From Moniliella sp. 'wahieum' (Eukaryota), in contig RSEE01000056.1 of NCBI GenBank assembly GCA_003971905.1, positions 430,026 to 450,025 of the forward strand: a DNA stretch of 20,000 nucleotides, written 5' to 3'. Under the pieces are notes generated by a model. The model did not search any database and had not been told where the DNA came from. It was given only the letters and a program-made list of their open reading frames with translations. Within the stretch, counting starts at the first letter, position 1. Each line of letters opens with the position of its first letter. Shown here piece by piece: positions 1 to 9,625 of the stretch. The position numbers and the translations under genes are program-made.

Positions 1-3000
1 CCTGCCCAGCCCCACCACCAGCCAGGACCGCTGTCGTGGGAGTCCTGGGCTCGTATTGACCTGTCTTCTCTCCTCGCCTCGACCAGCGACAATGTGTTCC
101 AGGCCTGGTCTTGACCGCCGTCATCATCGTCGTCTTTGTCTCCATCTTTCTCTTGCGCGAGTGATCGTGCAGAATATGCCCCACGCGCCCATCCTTGGCG
201 ACAACCCCGCAGAGGAGGAGGCAGAAGAAGGAGAAGAACAGTGCAACCACCTGAGATGCCACCCCCGCGCTTTGACGTTTTCTTCCCGCGCCCTGTACCG
301 GCCATCGACCCCCCCCTTTGCTGACGCTCCTGTCGACGCGGATGACGTAGCGCAAGAGACGATGCGCCGGCATCCGATGCGGCCCAGCGCTCCATGTCTC
401 AGCACGACTCGGAAGACGATGATTGGGGCTTGGAAGAAGACATTGACGATCCCTTTCCCGATTGGAACCGCACCTTTGAGGGGCCCATGGCGCCCCCCAA
501 GTGCCCAATGTCGATGAACTCGCCGCCCCGGTCGGCCCAGCTCCACCCAACCCCGCTGTCCCCCTGCCCCCGCACCTGGATTGGCTCCGTGCCCCCTCGC
601 CTCCCCATCTGGACGACGCTGCCATGGCCCTCACCCCCGACGAGGTCCTTCGCGCGCGTCGTCGGCAGTTGCGGGAACAGATGGGCATGCCGCCGGAATC
701 CGAACCGACATTCGCCACTTCCCACGCGTTCGAGGCCCCTGCCCAAGGAGCAGCGAGGGAGGGCAATTCGGACCCGGCGGCTCACGCGATGGACATGGAC
801 CGGCGGCGGCGCCGCATGCAGGCACTTTGTTGGACCCGCACCTGGATGTCCGAGGTGCCGCGGCTGCACCCGAAGGTCTTCCGACGGGCATCGACCTGGA
901 CCAAGCGGCTCCTCCAGTGGTGCCGCCAGGCCTCCTGGGCCATGTGCATCCACCCCACCCACAGGGTGCCCCCGCTGGCGCGCCCGATGGGATGCGCACC
1001 TACCTCGTCCCGATTCGCCCGCCTCTTGATGCAACGGCAGGGATTCAGGGGACCCAGTCGGATTATGCGAATTACATTGATGCGGTCGGTAATATCCTCA
1101 CCTACGACGGGATGCAGGGCATGTCCATTGCCGAGCCCGTGACCGACGAGCAGCCGCACCGCCGCCATGCCCATGCGGAAGCGGAGGGAGGGGGCGGAGC
1201 TGCGTTGGATGCTCTTCCCGCCCCGGGGCACGAGGAGCAGGGCCCAGCAGCGCAGGGGCTGGATGCTGGCGACGACGAAGGATGGGAAGACGTGGATGAA
1301 AATGAGGATGAGGACCCTCCGGCCGAAGCATGGGATGAGGAGGACGAGGAAGGGGATGAACGTATGATGGAGGATGACATGGATGGGATTTTCGAGGCGA
1401 TCGGCTTGCATGGTCCCATCATGGGCCTGGTGCAGAACTTGGCCATCCTTTCGGCACTCTGCAGTTTTGGCATCCTCTTCCTCGGTGCCCTGCCGCTCTT
1501 CATGGGCCGGTGTCTCCGCACGGGCGAGGCTGTGATTGCGTTGGGCAAGGCTCCCATTTATCTCTTGCGCCTTGTCACTGATCCTTTCTTTGATGCGCTC
1601 ATCACGGGCTTGGAACGTGTGCTGTCCCAGCTGTTTGGCACCGACCTGGCCTCCCTCGTGCCTGCTTCGGCGCCCGCCGCAGCGAGCGAGGCCGTCCAGG
1701 CCGTCGCTACCCCGCTGTCCGCCGGCCCTGCCTCCTCCTCCTCCTCGTTATGGGGTGCCGCCGAAACGCAGGTGCAGCACGTGCTCTCCGTGACCCACGC
1801 CTACCTCCTTGACGCCCACGATCGATTCCGCGTGTATGTGATGGGCACCTCCATCGCCCAGCGCGTGACGGCCATCCTGCTCGGGTATGCCTACTACATT
1901 GGCTTTCTGCTTGTGCATCTCAACCTGTCCATGCGCCTCAATTGGAAGATGGACGAGTGGATGCTGCAGTGGACCAAGTCCCAACTGGTGGTGATCAAGG
2001 TGGGTGGATTCATCGGGATTGAGCTGATCGTTTCCCCCTTGGGTGTGGTGTGCTGCTGCTGGACCTGGCCACGTTGCCGCTCCAACTGGGTCCCGGGCCG
2101 GGCGGCCTGGATGCGCAGCAGGCGCTGGCCTTGCGAAGCCAGTCGTTCGCCTCGGCGCCGATTACCTGGACGTTCCTCCACTGGGTGGCCGGCACGCTGT
2201 ACATGTTCTTCTTTGCTCAGTTTGTTAGTCTCACCCGGGACATTGCGCGTCCAGGCGTGCTGTGCTGGATCCGGGACCCGAACGACCCAACTTCCAGCCT
2301 GTCAAGGAGATCCTCGAGCGCCGTTCCGTCACCCAGCTGGCCAAGACCGGGCTCAGCATCTTGATCTACGCCGTGGCGCTGTTCAGCACGGTGGCCCTAC
2401 CGAGTTTCCTCGCGCGCTACGCTGCGCCACTACTGGGCGTGCACGTGGTACCGATCCAACTGCACTACTCGAGCTACGCCTCGTACGGCCTCGAGCTAGC
2501 CGGCATCCTGACCTTGTTCCCCTGGCTGATCAAGAAGGCGTCGCCACCACGCATGACCAAGCGCCTCTACTCGCGCTGGTGGAAATTCGTCGCGCGTCAG
2601 CTCCGTCTCTCCTCCTTCCTCCTCGCGGCGGACGCCACCTCGCCGAGGAAGGCTGGCCCCTCCACGACATGGACCAAGTCGACCCTCTCCCGGTCCCCTT
2701 GGACCCCATGTCTCTCCGTCTCGCCAGCTTGGTCCCCGGTACAGACTCTCGCCCCGCCGTCCCCGGCGCTGGGCCGGACGACCCAGCCCAGCTTACCGCC
2801 GCCCCGCCGAAACGCCCCTCCCGCTCCAATCTGGCGCAGCGGCGCCGACGGCAACGCCAACGCCAACGCGGCGGCAAGAGCGCATGGAAGCCGATACGCC
2901 GCCGCAGGGCACGTTTGCGCGCGTGCCCGCGGACAACAATGCGATCATGTCGACGGCGCTGGTGATTCCTACCAATGCGCGCGGCATCCCGCTCGACGAG

Positions 3001-4166
3001 AAGGGCATGGCGGAACTGCGCGCACAGCATGCCGCCATGGCGCGCCAACGCCGGCGCGGCGGCGAACGGACGCAGTATACGATTGTCTATGTCCCCCGCA
3101 GCTGCGCGTGCGCTTGTGGTCCTTTGTCCTGGCGCTCGCACTCAGTTTGGCCATTGGCTTGACGCTGGCTGTTGTCGTCCCGCTCGCGACTGGTCGCAAG
3201 GCCGTGCGCACCCTCTACCGCGTCACCGGGCCCGTGCACGACGGCCATGCGCTCTTGCTCGGCGCCTGCATCTGGCTCGCCCTCGTCGGCGGGCAAGACG
3301 CTGCACCGCTACCACCGCTACTTCGCATACCGCCGCCCGGGGCGGTGCGTCGTCGTACGCTGCGCCGCAGGCGCGGAGCGGCTGGATCGAGGCGCACGTG
3401 CCTGGCTGGGTGCGGGCTGTGGCGCACGCGCGGCGCGCCGAGGCGTGCTGGGCATGGGATACGGCCAAGTGGCTCGCGCAAATCGCATTCAAGCGCGGGC
3501 TGGTGGCGTTGCTGTGTGGGCTGACGGTGCAGCAGTACATTGAGCTTCCGTTGCGCTACGGCCTGCGGCCCACGCAGCCCATCCGCATCTCGCTCGGCCA
3601 GGCGTGGGTGACGGGTCATGGCCTGGCGGCTCGCCGTGTTCTGGGTCCCCGACCGCACGTACGACCTCTGGCTCGGCCAACGCCCGCAGTACAAAACCTC
3701 GCGTGGCAGTTGACTGCCCTGCTCGCTCTCTCCCGCCCGCTGCGGCTGGCTTGCGATCCAGCTCGGCCTACGCCGGGACGGGTGGGACGGGCAGTGCGTC
3801 CTGCGCCACGCTTACCTCGTCGCTGCGGCCCATGTCGCTCTGTACTTTGCCCACTTGCTCCTCCAGTCCGCCATGGCCACCTGGACCGAAGCTATCCGCG
3901 ACGAAGTTTACCTCGAGTCGACCGAGTTGAAAGATTATGACCCCAATCCTAATCCCAATCCCAATCCCTCCCCCATCCCCTACTCTCCATCCCGATCCTA
4001 CTCCCACCCCGATCCTACCCTCCATTCCAATACCGAGGTCGATCCCGACCTGCATGCCGATGGCGATGCCGATCCCGCCGAGGCGGAGGCACCTTCTTCG
4101 CGCCCCGCACCGGCCGCCGGGCGCCAGGCACCGCCACCGCCACCGCCACCGCGCACGCCAACTTGA
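1..4166 (+). CDS. DOA10: ERAD E3 ubiquitin ligase Doa10/Ssm4 (MARCH6/TEB4 family), 5'-partial (RING-CH would lie upstream of the window); apparent frameshifts
   Basis: Family motifs appear in the expected order across frames: GLVLTAVIIVVFVSIFLLRE(W)IVQN (~105-177); EDDMDGIFEAIGLHGPIMGLVQN (~1370-1440); VVIKVGGFIGIEL (~1990); TD-domain segment WVAGTLYMFFFAQFVSLTRDIARPGVLCWIRDPNDP/NFQPVKEILERRSVTQLAK (~2180-2345); QGTFARVPADNN (~2905); YTIVYVP-LRVRLWSFV (~3075-3130); C-terminal element WTEAIRDEVYLESTELKDY (~3882-3938); stop TGA at 4164-4166. Confidence 0.9.
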
Positions 4167-5028
4167 ACCGCAACGCGTTCGACCACGACCCGCCGCCCAC
4201 AGCGACGCGGCTCAACGCGTACGAGTCTGAAGGGCCCATCCCCGACGCGTGGTTGGACCCCACGCAAGCGTGAAGGCGGTAGGGTGTCGTGTTTCCTGCG
4301 CTGCGCGCCGCTTGCGCGCCCGCTGCGCGTCATAGCTTTCCTGTTCCCCTCGTTGTTGCGTTCCAGTGGATGTGCGTATGTGTGTATTGTGTGTGTGGGG
4401 GCGGGGTACGGTTCACGCAAGAGGGAAGGATAGGAGAAGATGAGCAAACTGAAAACGCTCCCCTTGAGTTGTCTGTCTCTGAGATGGGAGAGATGGTTTA
4501 GATGAACGATGGGGTGTGGGAGGCAGACAAAGAATCAGGCACGACATGCGGCAGGAGAAAGATGATCGATGAGATCTGAGAACCCCAACCACGCAAGCCA
4601 GGAACAGACGCATTCTCCGAGCCGGGAGAGGGGCTACAGTAGATATAGGATGGGAGACCGACGAGCCCGAGGGGGCGGCTGGTTCCCGCTTCGGCAGGGC
4701 GCAACGTGCAGCCTGGGCCGATGAGATCGATGATCGATGTTCGATGATCCGAGGCGCGGGCCCAGGCTGCCCCCGTGCCGGCGCTGGCGCCGTGTGCGGT
4801 GCAGTGCGCCTGCGTCCGGGGCAAGCGGGCGCGCAGCCGCAGGCACCAGCGCCAGCGCGCAGCATGGCGCACGGGCGCCGGGCGGCAGGAACGCGCTCGG
4901 CGCACGCACGCGCCTGTGCGATCGGCTGCTCGGCGGCCAGACTGCCTCTGTGCGGCACAGCCCGCGGCGGGCAGAGGCACGGCGCGTGTGTGTGTGCGCG
5001 TGCATGCAGCCTGCCCCATCGGGCATGC

Positions 5029-8000
5029 ATGCTGCATCATGCTTTGCGGCTGCCCCTCACGCATCGCCCAGCGCCTCGGCTGTTGCTGGGGCTGGGCGGG
5101 GATTGGGTTGGGTTGGGTGTTGCGCCGGCTGCTCCTCTCCATCCCCCCTCCGCCTCGGCCATGGCCAGCCCACACGCCTCCCCCTGGGCCTCCTCCGGGC
5201 CTCCTCCTGGGCCTCTGCCTGCCTCTGCCTCTGCCTCTGTCTCTGCCTCTGCCGCCGCCACCGCCACGGCCACCGCCTCCCCCTCCTCCTCCCGCTCGGC
5301 CCACTCCCCACCCATCTCTCCCCGGCCCTCACCCGCCTCGTCGTCGTTTGCACCCGCTCCGCCAGCCGCTTCGCCATCTGCGTTGCCATCTGCTTCGCCC
5401 TCTGCCTCCACTGCCTCCACCGCCTCCATCGCCTCCACAGGCCACGCGCCCCATCGGCGCCAGGCACATCCTCCCACTGGGGCCCACTCGTCGGTCTTTG
5501 CCTCGGCTTCTCCTTCGGCCTCGGCCTCTGCCTCTACCTCTGCCTCTGCCTCTACCTCTGCCTCGGCCTCGGTCTCTACTTCTGCATCTGCCTCCCACTC
5601 TGCATCCTCCGGCTCAGAATCCGACTCGGACTCCGACTCGAGCAACGTGCCGCTGCCCGGTGGCAACACCAACGGCACCATTGCCCACCCAGGCGACTAC
5701 CACAACGCCACCCTCTTCACCCTAACCAATCGCGGTGGCGCCGGTGAGTTTGTCTACACCCTCCCCCTCACCATTGCCAACCAGTCCGTCCTGGTCCAAG
5801 CCGACACGGGCTCCAGCGACCTGTTCCTCGCCTCGACCGATTGCCACTCGGCTGCGTGCACACAAGGAGCAGACCAAGGCCTCCACCTCTTCGATGGCTC
5901 CCAACTGTCCAACCGCGAGATCACTGTCCCGCTCGCCTACCCCGCGGGCAAGGTGGTCGGCTCCATTGTCACCTCGGATGTCGGCCTGGGGGCGGGACAA
6001 ACTGGAGCCTGGCCGGCCAAGCATGGGGGCTGGCAAGCCAGGTGACTCCGGCCAATTTTTTCCCCGCTACCTCCTACTCGGGACGCGTAGGATTGGGCTT
6101 GCCCTCGGCCTCCGAGGTGCAAAAGCAATTGTACGACGCGACGGGCAATTGGAATACTCTCAACGACGTTTCCGACCCTGCTTCCACTGGCTCCATCCTT
6201 GCTGGCATCTGGTCCGGTCGACCTATTGGTGCGCGCTACATTTCCCTTGGCTTGCAACGCCTCCCGTCCGAAGGAGGTCATGGTAGCAGCACACTGGTGT
6301 CTCCCAGCTCGACCCGGCTTATGCGTCCTGGGACCAAATCCACCTCCTCCCTCTGAACCATATAACAAATCCGATCGCTTTCCCAACCGCCGATGGCGCA
6401 CCACCCTCACCGCCCTCAGCATTGGTTTGCAAGGCGAATCGACCGCGTTGCCGCTCACCACCGTGCTCGGGGTGCCCATCCCTTGGTTGCTTTTGCCTCC
6501 GGATCGCCGGTTAGTTATGCTCCCCTGGCCACGGTCACATGATCTATGGCTCCTCTGGCGACTATCGCGTTGACCCCGACTCGGGCGCCTACATGGTTCC
6601 CTGCAACCTTATGCTCAATCTCACCCTGTCCTTTGGCCCGGACCACATCCCAGTGCCGATCCATCCTTTGGACATGTCGATCGCCGTTCCCTCCGACTCT
6701 TCGTCCTATGCGCCTCCCGGCGCCGGAGGCGGCTGGTGCTACGGCGCGTTCCAACCGATCCAAAATGTTTTTTCCCAGTCTCTATCTGGATCCTCCTCTT
6801 CCTATTCGTCCTCTCTTTCTTCATCTTCCTCCCCTCCCCTCCCCTCCTCCTCGTCGTCGTCTTCCTCCTCCACCAACTCTTCCGGCTCCGGTTCTGGCCC
6901 CGGCTCCGGTTCCGGCTCTGCCTCTGGCTCCGCTTCGAACTCGAACTCGCACAGTTCAGATTCAGACTCTGATCGTGATGATTCGGAATCGAAAGGGTCA
7001 GCTCGGGATCCGGCGCAGTGTCTCTCGCATACTCCTTATCCTCCCCCTCTTCGGCCCGTTACCTCTCCCCAACTCCCCCTCCGTGCAAGCCTGGACAGCG
7101 GACGTGGTGCTGGGTGCGTCTGTGATGCGCTCCCTCTATACCCTCTTTTCCTGTGACGATCTTACTTCCCTCCCAGCGTCCAACGACTCGGATGGATCTT
7201 GCACCCCACCTTGGGCTTTCGACCGTTGGTGACCGATGCGGCCAAGGCGGCCGAGGAGTTCAACCATGTTCGCGTGCAGGGCAAAGCGCTTGGCACGGAC
7301 CCGACCTCGGTTTTGACCGCCACCCAACGTGGTCTGTCGGGCGGGGTGCGGGCGCTGATTGGTGTGTTTGCTTCTGTGGGCGTGATTGCGCTGGGCGTGT
7401 GCGTGGCATTGTACCTCATCCACCGCCAACGACGTCGACAAAAGCAACGTCAGCGTGCTGCTGCTTCTCTCCAGCTTCACGTTCGATCCTCCCCTTCCTC
7501 CCCGGCCTTGGGCCCGAGCAGCGTCAGCGTGCCCGCTCGGCCCAGGACAGACTCAATGATGGACGAGGCCGAGGTGGGCTTGGGGCGCGTGGCGGGCGTG
7601 GGGGCGGGCACAGTGGTAGGCTCGGACATCGAAGCCGACTTGGCCCGTACCGTTTCCTTGACCGGTGGCAAATCTGTGCTGACCCGCCTCGGCCGCCGCT
7701 CGTCCCGGGTTACCGACCGGGCTACCGCCCGGGGGCGCGACCGGAGCCAAAGCCAGACCCACCATGGCACCATGAGCTTTCTGCGTCGGTCAGGCTCGTT
7801 GGGCTCGCGCGCAGAGGAGGATGCATCGAGTTTGGTCTCGACCGATGCGTGGTCCATGGCGCACCGGGCCAAGGCCACTATTGTACACCGCATGCACGGC
7901 GTGTTTGACGAGGACGACGTGGCGAACGAGTTGCAGTTGCGCCAAGCGCGTCGCCCGCCCGTGCCGCCGGCGTGACACTACCCTTGCACTGGCGCGGGTT

Positions 8001-8462
8001 TGGCGACACGTACTTACCCCCGGGTGTCGTCCCGCCCGTCGCGCCTACCACGACCGACTTAGACCCGAGCCTGACCCCTACGCCGACCTGGACCTGAGCT
8101 TATCCGGCCCACGGCGGCACGCTACCGGCCCGCCCGGCGACCCCTTCGCCGACGCCCAGGCTCAGTTCGACGTACAGGGCACACCTTACCTCGACGCCCG
8201 CCGCGTTCAATCCGCCTACCTTCGTCGCCACCCTTCCTTTTCCCGTCCGGCTCCGGCCCCCGTGCCGGCTCCGCCCCCGGGCGCGCCCTCTTTCCCCCCT
8301 GCTTCACCCCCGCCCCCGCTGCTCCGCGCGACACGTACGCGTCCCCGTCCACGCCCATGTCCATGCACGGTTACCCCCCTCCCTCGCCTTGAGCGGGTGC
8401 GTGTACCTTCCCTTTCTGGCTACGTGAACGGATGCATGCAGGCGGCCGGGGAGGCGAGGTAG
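5029..8462 (+). CDS. Membrane-anchored aspartic peptidase A1 (pepsin-fold) family protein with Ser/Ala/Thr-rich N-terminal region; possibly catalytically inactive; both ends approximate
   Basis: Hydrophobic signal-like segment after ATG 5029; S/A/T-rich tract; YTLPLTIANQSVLVQADTGSSDLFLAS (DTGS Asp codon 5803-5805); flap-like LAYPAG; GRVGLGLP; GAYMVPCN; WCYGAFQP; DVVLGASVMRSLYTLF (equivalent of ILGDxFLRxxY, ~7100-7150); TM helix ALIGVFASVGVIALGVCVALYLI followed by basic HRQRRRQKQR (~7350-7450). The TGA at 7975 may be an indel artefact because coding-like sequence continues in the frame ending at 8462. Confidence 0.75.
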
Positions 8463-8479
8463 CCGACCGCGGAGCCACG

Positions 8480-8563
8480 CTCAAGCTACGCCCAAGGTAC
8501 GCCCAAGGTACGCCCAAGGTAAACCCAAGGTACGCCCAAGGTAAGCCCAAGGTAAACCCAAGG
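8480..8563. repeat. 11-bp minisatellite, unit CCCAAGGTA(CG/AA/AG), about 7.5 copies
   Basis: Units start at 8480 (degenerate), 8491, 8502, 8513, 8524, 8535, 8546 and 8557 (partial). Confidence 0.95.
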
Positions 8564-8680
8564 CAAGGGGCCTATTTTTTGTTTTGTTTTTTTTATTGCC
8601 CGGATTGGCCGTACCCATGCTGCTGCTGCTGTTGGCATGGGTGGCTCGGCAGGTAGAAGGTGAGAGGCGAAATGAGATTA

Positions 8681-8894
8681 TGGTGATGGTGATGGTGATG
8701 GTGATGGTGATGGTGATGGTGATGGTGATGTGATGGGTTGGGTTGGGTTGGTTGGGTAGAGGGGATGACGTTGGCGATGGCGATGACGTTGGCGATGGCG
8801 ATGACGTTGGCGATGGCGATGACGTTGGCGATGGCGATGACGTTGGCGATGATGATGATGATGGTGATGATGATGATGATGATGATGATGATGA
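8681..8894. repeat. Compound simple-repeat block: (TGGTGA)8, (TGGGT)n, 18-bp GATGACGTTGGCGATGGC x~4.8, (GAT)n
   Basis: (TGGTGA)8 at 8681-8728; TGGGT-like run ~8734-8757; 18-mer units at 8764, 8782, 8800, 8818 and 8836 (partial); GAT run to ~8894. Confidence 0.95.
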
Positions 8895-9178
8895 CATTTG
8901 CGATGGTTCAAGGATGGATGGGTAGTGCAATACGGCATGTCTCTTCTGCAGACAGTTAACGTTTAACCCTTACCCTTAGCTTGATAAGCCTTAGGGACCT
9001 GTGCTCTCTAGCGTAGGTCCTGCTTGTTGAACTCACAGAGCCGTGCGCAAGTCCCGAGTCGGGCCTCAGGACCCTCGTGCGCCCGCCAGCTGGGTTGCAC
9101 CCCGAGATGGAGATGCAGGTAAAACAAACATTTGATCCGAAACGGATTGTAGGCCAAGTAAACCTGCGGAAACCTAAC

Positions 9179-9250
9179 GCCTCTTTGGCTCAATGGTAAG
9201 GCGTCGCACTCGTAATGCGAAGATTAGTCGTTCGATTCGGCTAGGAGGCA
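9179..9250 (+). tRNA. tRNA-Thr (anticodon CGT), intronless
   Basis: Acceptor stem GCCTCTT/AGGAGGC plus discriminator A; anticodon arm TCGCA-CT CGT AA-TGCGA (CGT at 9211-9213); T arm AGTCG-TTCGATT-CGGCT; A-box-like TGGCTCAATGG; T6 tract follows. The 3' strand of the D stem reads AGGC rather than GAGC, possibly a read error. Confidence 0.93.
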
Positions 9251-9251
9251 G

Positions 9252-9257
9252 TTTTTT
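9252..9257 (+). terminator. RNA polymerase III oligo-T terminator of tRNA-Thr
   Basis: TTTTTT one base after the discriminator nucleotide. Confidence 0.8.
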
Positions 9258-9625
9258 GCGGGAACCGAGAGTAAGAGGGTCGGCCATCGGAGCAGCTGCT
9301 TCGAGTGCTGGCAATGGGCTACCTGTAGATGGCCGATGGTCGATGGGGGCAGACGGTACATCGAGTGGAGCAGCGCTCTTGATGCGTGACGCGTGATAAT
9401 GTGACCCCTGAACGTTGAACATTGCAAGGAGCTGAGCCGCGGGCGTAGGGTTACAGCACGTAAGGCTGAGCGGCTGAGCTAGGGAGGCACGTGGGCAGTG
9501 CTGAAAACGCGGCGCACCAGGCGGCGGGAGACGAGTGTGCGGGGGGGGAGGCGGTTACTAGCTTAGCTTTACTGGTCAGCCAGGTTAGGGGGCGAGTTAG
9601 ACGACTCCTTCTCGCTGCTGCGGCC

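Noticed and set aside
4561..4750. GATCGATGA-type repeats resembling the PAC motif (GCGATGAG)
   Set aside because: They do not match the full PAC consensus and look like a short 7-bp tandem repeat.
56..8460. Many long overlapping antisense and alternative-frame ORFs in the track
   Set aside because: Expected shadows of GC-rich coding DNA; the recognisable motifs all lie on the plus strand and are explained by two frameshifted genes.
8480..8850. Tandem repeats as a CRISPR array
   Set aside because: Units are 11 and 18 bp with no unique spacers, there are no cas genes, and the context is eukaryotic.
8481..8959. Poly-His, poly-Asp, poly-Met and poly-Ser ORFs
   Set aside because: They are translations of simple repeats that happen to lack stop codons.
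8963..8996. TAACCCTTACCCTTAG...TTAGGG as an interstitial telomere
   Set aside because: Only two or three imperfect units; too short to support.
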